From Candidatus Latescibacterota bacterium (GTDB lineage: Bacteria; Latescibacterota; UBA2968; GCA-2709665): a stretch of 64,000 nt of DNA. The notes beneath the pieces are model-generated. The model saw only the letters and a program-made list of their open reading frames with translations. It did not search any database and was not told the origin of the DNA. Shown here piece after piece: positions 20,146-29,726 of this stretch (its first letter is position 1; each line of letters begins with the position of its first letter). The position numbers and the translations under genes were made by a program. The DNA lies in assembly GCA_965219995.1 (NCBI GenBank), contig CBDCOX010000002.1, positions 2,528,001 through 2,592,000 of the forward strand. The letters are read 5' to 3'.

Positions 20146-20789
20146 TCACAGATGAAGCCCTTGTCCGATAGTTGGCGATGAGCCGGGTGACGCCGGAAGT
20201 AGACCTCCCACTACATCCCCTCGTATCATTGAAAGCTGAAACTCGCCGTTGGCCAAATCGATTTCTGCTGGGACGAAGTAGACGTTGGAGGGCAGTCGAT
20301 GCAGCGACCCGAAGTCGCGCTCGGCTTCTCTTCTCACTCGCGCATCGTCAACGGTGAGGATACTATGGGCAATGATGTCTCGCGGACCGATCAGGCCTTT
20401 CCACGACATAGTGTCTCCTGTGGTCTCGGCCGGCAACTCATGGATGAGCAACGCGAGGCTTGACTTGCAGGCACGTAGCTTGTTGTCGACCACCTTGATC
20501 GCCTCGCATGTGTCTTCCACGTAATTCTTCAGTGCAGTCAGCAGGTGGGGGACATCTCCCCCACCGAATGCAGACTGGCTATCACTTCAAGAGCCTCGCT
20601 CGAGTTCCGCGCTGCACTTGCCATAAACTCCTCCAAGTGAACACACGTATCAGAAATCTCTTGGTCCGGACCGATCTGCCAAACGATCACGGACCGATCA
20701 GAGAACTCGTGGCGGTCAACGTGTTCCGCACCGTGGCGAAGTAATCTGGTGATCATCCTCTTCCGAGATGAGTTGCTGTCGTTGGCCAT
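20146..20789 (-). pseudogene. HepT/DUF86-like HEPN ribonuclease, fragmented
   Basis: Two fragments; SWKGLIGPRDIIAHS matches the HepT W..i.g.R..i.H pattern. Confidence 0.55.
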
Positions 20790-20843
20790 GTTGTAATCTT
20801 CAGAAGATTAGTGGATTTGGCGAGATTTGAACCCGCGCCCGTA

Positions 20844-22056
20844 TAGTACCCTTTGACGGCTAAAGCACCGCGTAGTCTGGATACAGTTTTCTTAGTTTGA
20901 TCCGAGCATCGTCGGTCGTGAACCGCCAGTGGACGGCCTTGTTGTTTCGATCATTCGTCAAGGCGGAAGTCTGCTCTTTGAGGGATTCGATATCGGGGAT
21001 GCGTGCCTTAAAGCACTGGTTGCTCAAGACGCTCCGTTCGATCTACGCGATGTTGAGCCAGCTCCCGTGTTTGGACGTGTAGTGAATTTCAAGACGACTG
21101 GCCAAGCGGCGCTCTTCTTCGGGTTAGAACGCCTTGTATAGTGCCGCAGGCGTATGCGTGTTGAGGTTATCACACACCAGGACGACCGTTTCGGCTTCAC
21201 GGTAGTCCGTATCCAGAAGCGCCTTGATCTCCTGCGCTCAGTCGAGTGCGTTCTTGCGTTCTCTTACACACACCTTGCGCCAGCCAGAAAGCGCTTCGGT
21301 GAACATAAAGTTCACGGCAGTTCCGTTCATGCTCGTAGTCGTAGCGTTCAGGTTTTCCCGGACGTGTTTCGACTGGAACACGCGTCTCCCTGACCAACTG
21401 CACCGGGTGTTCGTCCATTGACCACGGGCCTCTGGGCGCCGTACGGCCGCTGACAGACGTCCAGGATATCCTCCATCGCGGCGACAAACGCAGCGTTCTG
21501 TTTGGGCGGAATCACCCAGCACCTTCTCAGGTGAGGCCTAAGTTGGTTTTTTTAGACGTTCGCCGCACCGTCCGGTATCAGATGCTATCGACGATCTCCA
21601 GGGCGACGAGTTCAGTGGCCAAAAGCTCCATCGTCCACCGCTTACGCCCCTTTGGTGGTTCATTGCAAGCCAACGCGATCAATCGGGCTTCCTTCGCACG
21701 ATCCAGCTTTCTTTCGGTGGGAGGATGGGCGCGTTTCTTTCTCTCAAGGCCCGAATTCAGGCCCTCCAACACAAAACGCTTCAGGATGCCCTCAACCGTA
21801 GACCGATTGCACGAAAAAGCCTCCGTGATCTGCGGATCCAGTCAAGCCGGACCCTCTGCATCGGCCTTGAGAGGGACGTGAGCGTGCTTGATTCGGTAGG
21901 CTTGCGTCTTGCCTTTGCTTACCAGGTCCTGCAGTTGCTCGCGTTATTCGGGCGTCAGACGCACAATGTATTTCTTCGGCATGTCGATGGCTCCTTTGTC
22001 TTCAGGGGAGACATCGTACTATAAGCATACGCAGTCTTGGAAGTCAATAGGTACTA
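20844..22056 (-). mobile_element. Degenerate IS630-family element with TA ends and TIRs
   Basis: TIRs TAGTACCCTTTGAC (20844) and reverse complement of GTCAATAGGTACTA (ends 22056); transposase from ATG 21982 (MPKKYIVRLT...ALACNEPPKGRKRWT...YDYEHER); A7C slippery site 21547-21553; several stops. Confidence 0.85.
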
Positions 22057-22197
22057 GGAAGAACCCCATTTTTCTGACAACTGCACCGTCCGAAACTCCA
22101 GAATCGCCGCTTCCAAGTGGCTCCATTATGCCGATCATGGGTGGCCTGATTAGGGTGATCCGCGACAGGTCTGCATAGTTTCGGCAATTTCGGACAT

Positions 22198-22232
22198 AGA
22201 AGAAGGCACCCACTTTCGCAGGTGCCTTTTTT
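22198..22232 (-). terminator. Intrinsic terminator after tRNA-Leu
   Basis: AAGGCACC...GGTGCCTT hairpin with T-rich tracts. Confidence 0.65.
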
Positions 22233-22237
22233 CGTTC

Positions 22238-22324
<87 letters not shown>

Positions 22325-22431
22325 GTCATTGATTCATGGGGCGACAAATATCCCAATCGGCACTTAAACTGTCAAGAGGAAACAGGCGTTCGCTCCCGTT
22401 CAAGGGGGATTTTTCAGTCCGTCGGACCGCG

Positions 22432-22500
22432 TTCATTGAACTCGTCGAAATGCGTGTCGCCGATACGCTTAGCCGACCCTTCGACAAGCTCATGATGCGG
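22432..22500. repeat. REP-like inverted pair (TTCGACAAGCTCA type)
   Basis: TGAACTCGTCGAA vs TTCGACAAGCTCA, 11/13 inverted; second copy CCCTTCGACAAGCTC at ~23394. Confidence 0.55.
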
Positions 22501-22592
22501 CGCAGGTTACACGCTCATCATCGCGAATGCTGACCGCCTGTATAAGGAGCGTACGTGCCGCCCGTCAGGTCCTGCCGGGATCCAGCCTGCCT

Positions 22593-22976
22593 TCAGCCAT
22601 CGAATGCAAGACTCATTGTATGCAGATTGATGATGGCCCCGGATTCTGTAAGGAAATCCATCCCCAAAATCCCATTGATTTCGAAGCCATAATCCATGCC
22701 TCCTATTTCAAGTTCGAAATTAGTCAATTCCTTCTGTCCAACCTGCAAACAATCAACCCGTCGCCTGAATACAACCTCATGTCCACCCACACCGCGAATT
22801 GTGACTATCCGGTCATCAGGCAAAGGAAATATACCGATGGAATCAACCAAATCGGCGGACATTACCGTGCTGGCTGATCCAGTATCGACCAGGACTTGAG
22901 GGATCTCAATAGTTGATCCCCGATAGTCAATAGACACCGATGTAAATGGCAGATCATACCTGCGTACCAGTTGCAT
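22593..22976 (-). CDS. Retropepsin-like (clan AA) aspartyl protease
   Basis: VLVDTGSAST, IRGVGG, NGILGMDFL. Confidence 0.85.
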   Translation of the reverse strand: MQLVRRYDLPFTSVSIDYRGSTIEIPQVLVDTGSASTVMSADLVDSIGIFPLPDDRIVTIRGVGGHEVVFRRRVDCLQVGQKELTNFELEIGGMDYGFEINGILGMDFLTESGAIINLHTMSLAFDG

Positions 22977-23235
22977 ACAGCGCACGAAAACCCGACGATT
23001 GTCTTACTTGAATATCAAGTGAATCACGACTGGTATGGAGATAATAATATTCCCGTTCGGGATATTGATGGTGAAGGGTCTGATACCGTTTCATAGCTGT
23101 TTTGCCATCCGGGCATTCTTCAACCACTGTCAGACGATTCAGATGCCGCCGACAATCAGAGGTTGTATGGGCTTCTAATGCCTCAACAATCAGCCACTTA
23201 TCGGGACGGTCTTTGCATATCTCGGGCCAGCGCAT
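22954..23235 (-). CDS. Small hypothetical protein coupled to the aspartyl protease
   Basis: RBS AGAGGA; MRWPEICKDRPDKWLIVEALEAHT...YYYLHTSR; overlaps the protease start. Confidence 0.65.
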   Translation of the reverse strand: MRWPEICKDRPDKWLIVEALEAHTTSDCRRHLNRLTVVEECPDGKTAMKRYQTLHHQYPEREYYYLHTSRDSLDIQVRQSSGFRALYATGTQV

Positions 23236-23393
23236 ACAACCTATTCCTCTACAGATAGCGTTGTTTAAATTCCGCCTGACATACAAGCTGTCCGGGCACG
23301 GCAGACGGGGCTTTCCTCAGGATGACAGGCCGCGCGAACGCGATTGAGAGGGTACGCCAGGGTTCGCTACCCCCACCGCATCAGCCGTCGCCG

Positions 23394-23455
23394 CCCTTCG
23401 ACAAGCTCCGGGAACCGGCTCGGCTTCTGCGACTCCCCCTCAAGTGGGGAGTGAT
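23394..23455. repeat. REP-like sequence
   Basis: CCCTTCGACAAGCTC followed by ACTCCCC-CTCAAGT-GGGGAGT hairpin. Confidence 0.5.
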
Positions 23456-23546
23456 CAAACCGTCGAACGTGCTCCCGCCGTTCGGTGCATGCCGCAGGAT
23501 GAAGGAGGAGCGGTTTTACTTTCTGGCAAAACCCAGATGCCGAACG

Positions 23547-24185
23547 CTACGGCCGTCGATCCGCCACGGGAGGCCCGAGAATTTCGTGGTAGATGATCGC
23601 CTTGCGGACAGTTTGCGGTTTGAAATCGAGCTGGATCCTGCGACGGCGGGCTCGACGGCGAGGCGCCGGAACCAGCGGCACGTCCTCCATCACGTCGTCC
23701 GCCGGGGCTTCCGCCGCGGGTTCAGACCCGCCGCGTGGCCGTTCAACCGGCGGACCTCCGCTTTCGGCTGCGCCGGGGCGCCCCTCGTCGGGACGGTCGA
23801 AATCCACCTCCCTGAACTCGACCCCGTCGTACTCCTCACTCACCGGCCGCGCGCCCCGGACTTCCCGAAACTCGATTCCGCCCGGGGGTTCGTCCACGGG
23901 GCGAGCGCCCCGAATCTCCCGGAACTCCTTTCCCGTGGGCGCCTCGCTCACCGGCCGCGTGCCCCTGACCTCTCTGAACTCCCGCCCCGCGGGCGGCTCT
24001 CCGAACGGTTGCGGTTCGGGAAAGACGTCATCCTCGGAAGGGTCGACGTCCGGCCCGCCCAACGGGGGCAGGTCCAGATCCTCCTCCTCCAGTTCCCGAC
24101 CCCGCCGGGCTTCCATGACCTTGTTGATCAGAGAGGAAATCAAGCCCGTCACGATCAGCAGGATGATGGTGAGTTCGAAACTCAT
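23547..24185 (-). CDS. Membrane-anchored low-complexity protein with 18-aa repeats (YqfB position in the operon)
   Basis: N-terminal TM; about 4x GxEFREVRGARPVSE; C-terminal KAIIYHEILGPP. Confidence 0.75.
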   Translation of the reverse strand: MSFELTIILLIVTGLISSLINKVMEARRGRELEEEDLDLPPLGGPDVDPSEDDVFPEPQPFGEPPAGREFREVRGTRPVSEAPTGKEFREIRGARPVDEPPGGIEFREVRGARPVSEEYDGVEFREVDFDRPDEGRPGAAESGGPPVERPRGGSEPAAEAPADDVMEDVPLVPAPRRRARRRRIQLDFKPQTVRKAIIYHEILGPPVADRRP

Positions 24186-24188
24186 GGC

Positions 24189-25187
24189 TTACGATTCGCT
24201 CCTGTCCGTATCGTTCTCCGCACCCTCCTGGGTGTCCGCGATCCCCTCACGCATCGAGGTATCGGCCTGGATATTCTGCATGCGGTAATAGTCCATCACG
24301 CCCAGGTTGCCGCTGCGGAACGCCTCGGCCATCGCGCGCGGCACCTCGGCCTCGGCCTCTACGACGCGCGCCCGCATCTCCACGACCCTCGCGCTCATCT
24401 CCTGCTCGTGCGCAACCGCCATGGCTCGCCGCTCTTCCGCTTTGGCCCGTGCAATCTTCAGGTCGGCCTCGGCCTGGTCCGTCTGGAGTTTCGCACCGAT
24501 ATTGTCGCCCACGTCCACGTCCGCGATATCGATCGACAGGATCTCGTACGCCGTGCCCGAATCCAGCCCCTTCCCCAGCACGGTTTTCGAAATCAGGTCC
24601 GGATTCTCCAAAACCGCCTTGTGCGTTTCCGAGGATCCGATCGTCGTTACGATCCCTTCGCCAACGCGCGCGACAATCGTTTCTTCGCCGGCCCCGCCGA
24701 CGAGCCGGTCGATGTTGGCGCGCACCGTCACCCGCGACGTGGCCTTGACCTGGATCCCGTCCTTCGCCACGGCCGTGACCATGGGCGTGGAAATCACTTT
24801 GGGATTGACGCTGACCTGGACGGCTTCCAGCACGTTTCGGCCTGCCAGGTCGATGGCCGCCGCCCGCTCCGTGGTGAGATTGATCCCGGCTTTGTCAGCC
24901 GCAATCAGCGCCGTTACCACGTTCTCCACGTGTCCTCCCGCCAGATAATGCGCTTCCAGGAAGGACGTCGGGATCGCCAGCCCCGCCTTGGTGGCGCTGA
25001 TCTGCGATCCCAGGATGATTCGCGGGGGAACGCGCCGCAGGCGCATCCCCACCAGTTCCCCGATGCCGATTCGAACGCGGGCCGCAAGGGCCGAGATCCA
25101 GAGCCCGACCGGTATAAAATAGAAGAAGAGGAACAGTGCAACGATGATTGCGACAACGATGACCAGAAGCAAAACTGCATCGACCAT
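24189..25187 (-). CDS. floA: Flotillin-like protein FloA (YqfA family)
   Basis: [46 protein letters not shown]. Confidence 0.93.
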   Translation of the reverse strand: MVDAVLLLVIVVAIIVALFLFFYFIPVGLWISALAARVRIGIGELVGMRLRRVPPRIILGSQISATKAGLAIPTSFLEAHYLAGGHVENVVTALIAADKAGINLTTERAAAIDLAGRNVLEAVQVSVNPKVISTPMVTAVAKDGIQVKATSRVTVRANIDRLVGGAGEETIVARVGEGIVTTIGSSETHKAVLENPDLISKTVLGKGLDSGTAYEILSIDIADVDVGDNIGAKLQTDQAEADLKIARAKAEERRAMAVAHEQEMSARVVEMRARVVEAEAEVPRAMAEAFRSGNLGVMDYYRMQNIQADTSMREGIADTQEGAENDTDRSES

Positions 25188-25236
25188 GATACGACTCCTT
25201 GTATCTGCGAACGATCGGACTCAACCGGGGACGTTT

Positions 25237-25545
25237 CTAGCGGGCGTCCTCGGTCTTTCGAACCACAACCCGGTTGCCTTCGACCTCAACGACTTTGATC
25301 CTGCAATCTCTTTCGATAAACTCCCCGTCGGCAGCCACGTTGACGCGACGCCCGTCGATCAGACCCGTACCGGACGGTCGCAGGGGCGTAGCGGCCACAC
25401 CCTCTTTGCCAAGAAGCGGTTCATGTGTTCCGGTGGCGATGTAGCCGGCGTCTGCCCTTTCGTCGGCGTGGAGAACAAGCCATTTCCACAGCGGAACCGC
25501 AATCGCGACGATAAGGACGAATAGAATCGCAATTCCTTCGACCAT
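25237..25545 (-). CDS. Short NfeD-like protein (TM plus C-terminal OB-fold)
   Basis: RBS GGAG; LLGKEGVAATPLRPSGTGLIDGRRVNV...VEGNRVVVRK; paralog of the NfeD C-terminus. Confidence 0.8.
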   Translation of the reverse strand: MVEGIAILFVLIVAIAVPLWKWLVLHADERADAGYIATGTHEPLLGKEGVAATPLRPSGTGLIDGRRVNVAADGEFIERDCRIKVVEVEGNRVVVRKTEDAR

Positions 25546-25604
25546 ACCACGTCTCCGGTCCAACTTCGGTCGACGGCGCCGAATTTCCCGAATCCCGTCC
25601 GATG

Positions 25605-26948
25605 CTAACCCGTCTCCTCGGATTTGCGGACGACAATCCGGTTGCCCTCGACCTCCACCACCGTGATCCGGCTGTCCCTGTCGATAAATTCGCCGTCCGC
25701 CGCGACATTGACGCGACGCCCGTCGATCAGACCCGTTCCCGAGGGGCGCAGCGGCGTAAAGGCCACCCCCTCTTTGCCAAGAAGCGCTTCATGTTCTCCC
25801 GTGGCGATGTAACCCGCGTCGCTGCGTTCTTCTTCCTGAAGCACCAGCCATTTCCACGCGGACGTGCGCGGCAGCATTTTCAGCATCAGACCGGCGATCA
25901 GAACCGTCGTCAAAAACGCCAGCAATAAGGGCCGGGCGCCGACTCCGACGGACTCCCACGTCCACAGCTCGGGTCGTCCCATCAGGCTCAGGAAGAGACC
26001 GGCAATCATCAGAATGACGCCGGGAACGGCCAGCACTCCGAATCCGACGATGAAAAACAGGTCGGCAATCACCAGAATCACACCGCCCAGAAAGAGAAGC
26101 ACTTCCGTCCAGTCTGCCAGTTGCACCAACAGATGGCTGCCGAAAAACAGACCGAGGCAAATCAGGCCGATCGTGCCGCCGACGCCCCAGCCCGGACTCT
26201 GGATCTCAAAGATCAATCCCAGAAAACCGAGCGACATCAGCAACGAAGCCACAATCGGATGGGTGAGCCAGCGCACGATCTGCTCCGACCAGTTCACGGT
26301 CTGGCGGGTTATCCGCGCCTCGTCCAACTCGTAATACGCCAGTACTGCCCGAAGTTTATCGCCGTCGCCCGTTGCCGTAACCATGGTTTCCGCGATCTTC
26401 TGCGCAACCGCCTCGGTCGTGGTGAGCGTCAGCAGCTTGCCTTTCGGCGCGAGGTCCGCGATATCCACGTCTTCGTCGACCATCGCCTCCGCGAGTTTGG
26501 GCGGGCGGCCCGTCTTCTCGGCGGTCGCCTTCATCTCGTTGCGGAAATAGGAGATCACCTTTTCGCTGGCTTTCTTACCCTGCATGTCCACGGCCGTGGC
26601 CGCGCCGATCGTCCCCCCTTCCACCATGACGATATGCCGTGTGGCCAGTGAAATCAGGGCGCCTGCAGAAATCGCACGGGGGTTGATAAAGGCAATCGTC
26701 TTCACGTCGCTGTAAAGGATCGCGTCCCGGATGACAAGAGCCGCGTCCAGCGCGCCGCCGGGGGTGTCGATTTCGAAGATCACCGCCGACACATCCTCTG
26801 CTTCCGCTTCTTCCATGACCCGCGAGATGAAGGCGGCCAATCCCCCCTCGATGGTACCCTCGATGGGCACGACGTAGACCGAACCTTCCGCCCGGCACAG
26901 GGCCGGTAGAAGCAGGACGAGCGCCAGAACCCGAAGAAAAACGCGCAT
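25605..26948 (-). CDS. nfeD: Long NfeD (YqeZ-like) membrane serine protease
   Basis: Signal peptide, IDTPGG, AISAGALI, GKLLTLT, TM bundle, OB-fold; promoter position supports start 26948. Confidence 0.9.
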   Translation of the reverse strand: MRVFLRVLALVLLLPALCRAEGSVYVVPIEGTIEGGLAAFISRVMEEAEAEDVSAVIFEIDTPGGALDAALVIRDAILYSDVKTIAFINPRAISAGALISLATRHIVMVEGGTIGAATAVDMQGKKASEKVISYFRNEMKATAEKTGRPPKLAEAMVDEDVDIADLAPKGKLLTLTTTEAVAQKIAETMVTATGDGDKLRAVLAYYELDEARITRQTVNWSEQIVRWLTHPIVASLLMSLGFLGLIFEIQSPGWGVGGTIGLICLGLFFGSHLLVQLADWTEVLLFLGGVILVIADLFFIVGFGVLAVPGVILMIAGLFLSLMGRPELWTWESVGVGARPLLLAFLTTVLIAGLMLKMLPRTSAWKWLVLQEEERSDAGYIATGEHEALLGKEGVAFTPLRPSGTGLIDGRRVNVAADGEFIDRDSRITVVEVEGNRIVVRKSEETG

Positions 26949-27000
26949 GTCGGAGAACTCCCACGGTTTTCGGGAATTATGAGGCATTAACCCCGGTATG

Positions 27001-27029
27001 AGTGTACCGTATTCACCCGGGTTTGTCAA
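27001..27029 (-). promoter_or_regulatory. Sigma70 promoter of the nfeD-floA operon
   Basis: Minus strand TTGACA-N17-TACACT. Confidence 0.65.
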
Positions 27030-27085
27030 TGGCTTTCAAGCCGACCGAGGAGGCGCCGGAACCGCGTTCGATGTCGCTTTCCGGC

Positions 27086-27114
27086 TTGACATCAATGCCG
27101 CATGCTTGTATTTT
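27086..27114 (+). promoter_or_regulatory. Sigma70 promoter of tRNA-Met
   Basis: TTGACA-N17-TATTTT. Confidence 0.55.
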
Positions 27115-27132
27115 TAACCCGAGAGTACCGGT

Positions 27133-27208
27133 GGCGGCGTAGCTCAGTTGGCAGAGCAGTGGAATCATAATCCATGGGTCGGGGGTTCAAGTCCCTCCGC
27201 CGCTACCA
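27133..27208 (+). tRNA. tRNA-Met(CAT), probably elongator
   Basis: GGCGGCGTAGCTCAGTTGGCAGAGCAGTGGAATCATAATCCA...GGTTCAAGTCCCTCCGCCGCTACCA; lacks the initiator GGG/CCC anticodon stem; Ile2 not fully excluded. Confidence 0.92.
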
Positions 27209-27250
27209 GATTACCTGCCGCCGGTCCCGGCGGTCTTGTCATTAAACACC

Positions 27251-27284
27251 AGCCCCCGTGGTATGATGCCCGGGGGCTTGTTTT
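27251..27284 (+). terminator. Intrinsic terminator
   Basis: AGCCCCCG...CGGGGGCT followed by TGTTTT. Confidence 0.6.
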
Positions 27285-27337
27285 ATTCGCGGTGTATCAG
27301 GCGGACTTCAGACATCTACATCAGTTTACAGACGCCT

Positions 27338-27661
27338 CTATTGTCTTCGCGCGTTTCGACGAATGACTTCCAGATCCTGATGGAGGTCGTCGAGGTCGTA
27401 TTGGAAGGGCACCTTCGAATCACGGGCGTAATCCATCATCTCCCATAAGGACACGCCCGCTTCCCGGGCGGCCCGTGCAAGGGTGAGCTTTCTCTCTCCG
27501 TACAGACGCGCGTAATGTTCCAGCTTCCATTGTTGAATTGCTTTCGACAGCAGACGGCGGACCGTGGTTGAGCGGTCCGACTGCTCGACGTCTTCGATCA
27601 GCTCCAACGCGCGGACCAAATCCGAGGGAAGCCTGGTACCTACCATCTGTTCCAATTTCAT
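27338..27661 (-). CDS. UPF0175 family protein with an N-terminal RHH-like region (putative antitoxin)
   Basis: LYGERKLTLARAAREAGVSLWEM...YDLDDLHQDL. Confidence 0.75.
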   Translation of the reverse strand: MKLEQMVGTRLPSDLVRALELIEDVEQSDRSTTVRRLLSKAIQQWKLEHYARLYGERKLTLARAAREAGVSLWEMMDYARDSKVPFQYDLDDLHQDLEVIRRNARRQ

Positions 27662-27686
27662 CCTTCAACCTCCCTTGCGAGTCTCA

Positions 27687-28766
27687 TTATTGCTGCCAGG
27701 CGTTGACTTCGTGTTGTAAAAAGGGATGGGAGCAGGGATACCCCTCCGTTGCCCACATGGTCCGCTTGCCGGGACAAATGATGATCCCGCTGTCCGTATG
27801 CAGACCGGCCTGTCCGTGCTGGCAGATCCCGACGGGATCGTCGTGCGTCCGGTACATCCGCGTCAATCCCTCGAGGCTCCTCTCAACCTCTTTTTCCATT
27901 CTTTGGAGCAATGAAATCCGCGCGTGGCTGTTGTCCAGGTACGGCGACGCCGGATCGTCCTTTCCGACAAGCTCCTTACCGAGACAATGGTTGGTCTCCC
28001 ACACCGCGGCATCGGAGCCGGACGGGCGCCTGAGGGTCTGGCCGGCGACGTGCTTTTCCAGAATCGCCACGTCTCCGGTCGCGTCGCCCATCAGCACGCT
28101 CATCCCGTGCATCGGCACCTCGAACCGGGCGCACAAAGCCGCGGCATCCTCAACCGTGCGGCACTGATCCGCCAGCAGAGGCAGAAGGAACAGCACGGGA
28201 ACGCCCCCCTGACGGCGTTCGCATCCGGTCAGCCCCGTCATGCCGAACCCGAACCCGGCCTCGTTGACCGCCGCGGACGTCCAGATCGTGCCGACAAAGT
28301 GCATCTGGACCGACCGCAGTTTCCCCGCGGGCGCCGCCTGATGGACCGCGTTCGCCCCCAGTTCTCTCTTTCCGAGATCGTCGGACTTCCCCAGCCATAC
28401 CTCTCCGGTCCGGTCGGCGAATCCGAAGACGGTGCACGCGGGCGTTACGGTTGCATCCAGATCGAAGACGAGATTGAGCTCGAACACGTCTTCGAACGGC
28501 AGCCCGGCGCCCGCTGCAATTCCCTCTATTTCCCGGACCAACTCGGGAAACAACCTCCCGATCCGCTCCGTCCACAGGTCCACTTTCCGCTTTCGCGCAT
28601 CCGGCTCAAGCCCCGGGCGCCAGCCGCCCTCCCCATCGGCAAAGTCCTCCCTGTACCGATCGATCAGACCCGCGATGCGATCCGACGCGGCGCGGCCGTG
28701 GGCGATCCCCCTCGCGCGCGCGTCGCCTTCGGTCCGGAGATAGAACACAATCACCTCGCAATACAT
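27687..28766 (-). CDS. Peptidase C45 / acyl-CoA:6-APA acyltransferase family (Ntn hydrolase)
   Basis: EIEGIAAGAG, ACTVFG (autocleavage Cys), VNEAG, ETNH. Confidence 0.8.
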   Translation of the reverse strand: MYCEVIVFYLRTEGDARARGIAHGRAASDRIAGLIDRYREDFADGEGGWRPGLEPDARKRKVDLWTERIGRLFPELVREIEGIAAGAGLPFEDVFELNLVFDLDATVTPACTVFGFADRTGEVWLGKSDDLGKRELGANAVHQAAPAGKLRSVQMHFVGTIWTSAAVNEAGFGFGMTGLTGCERRQGGVPVLFLLPLLADQCRTVEDAAALCARFEVPMHGMSVLMGDATGDVAILEKHVAGQTLRRPSGSDAAVWETNHCLGKELVGKDDPASPYLDNSHARISLLQRMEKEVERSLEGLTRMYRTHDDPVGICQHGQAGLHTDSGIIICPGKRTMWATEGYPCSHPFLQHEVNAWQQ

Positions 28767-28796
28767 CCAATTGCGCCTGCAGCCGGCGGAGTACTC

Positions 28797-29669
28797 CTAT
28801 TTTCCCAATGCCCGCGCCATCGCGCGAACGTGTTCCGGGCCGGCGCCGCAGCAGGACCCCAGGTAGCGGATGTCCGCCGCCGCCGCGTCCCTCGCGAACC
28901 GTGCGAACTGCGCCGCCGTGGCAGCGGGACCCTTCCACCACGAATGCCAGGCCGATGGCTGACAACAGACAGGCACGTCCACCGCCCGCCGCATCTGAGC
29001 CGCAAAATCCAGCATCGACGATGGCGGGCAGATGCAATTCAATCCCACCACGTCGGCGCCTGCATCCGCCAGCTGTGTGGCGCATTCGGCCGGGGAAAAC
29101 CCGTCGAACGTCTCCGCGTTTCCCCTTCCCTCCATGCTCACCGTAACCACCAGCGGGAGACCCGTTCCTCGGGCCAGATCCAGCGCCAGAAGGGCCTCGT
29201 CCAGCCACGAGAACGTCTCCAGGATGAGGAAATCGACGCCCCCGTCGCAGAGCCAGGGAAGCTGCTCGTCCAGCCACGCGCGCGTCCGGTCCCGCTTCGC
29301 GGCGTCGGAGGGATCGTAATCCATCAGTGAAATGGTCGGGCTGTTCAGATTGCCCGCGACCAGCGCCTCGTCGCCAGCCACTTCCCTGGCGATCCGGCAG
29401 GCCGTGGCATTGATTTCCTTCGCGCGGTCCCCGAGTCCCGCCGGCTTCAGCATGTTTGACGTGCCGAAAAACGTGAGCGTCTGCAGGACCTCGGCCCCGG
29501 CGTCCTTGAACTCCTGCGTCAACCTGCGCACCTCCTCGGGGTGGGTCGCCACCACCTGCGGCGTCATGGCGCCCATGCGCACAAACCCCCGGAGGCGCAG
29601 CCCCATCAGGTAGCCGCCGTCCCCCAGCACGAATCCCTTTTCCAGCCGCTGCATCAGCCCTTCAGCCAT
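28797..29669 (-). CDS. Homocysteine S-methyltransferase family protein
   Basis: LGDGG, LILETF, VVGLNC, LGSCCG. Confidence 0.88.
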   Translation of the reverse strand: MAEGLMQRLEKGFVLGDGGYLMGLRLRGFVRMGAMTPQVVATHPEEVRRLTQEFKDAGAEVLQTLTFFGTSNMLKPAGLGDRAKEINATACRIAREVAGDEALVAGNLNSPTISLMDYDPSDAAKRDRTRAWLDEQLPWLCDGGVDFLILETFSWLDEALLALDLARGTGLPLVVTVSMEGRGNAETFDGFSPAECATQLADAGADVVGLNCICPPSSMLDFAAQMRRAVDVPVCCQPSAWHSWWKGPAATAAQFARFARDAAAADIRYLGSCCGAGPEHVRAMARALGK

Positions 29670-29726
29670 CGGTCAGGATGCCTCTCGGAAATAACAAAGT
29701 AGTACAATTGTCGGGTTTATCGAAGC

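Noticed and set aside
21547-21553. A7C slippery sequence as a novel recoding signal
   Set aside because: Programmed frameshifting is well known in IS630-family elements, and this copy is already inactivated by stops
23322-25298. Long antisense ORFs (658 aa here; also 39910-42024, 47152-48861, 8071-9597, 62191-63711)
   Set aside because: Shadows of well-supported genes on the opposite strand, typical of GC-rich codon usage; no recognisable motifs
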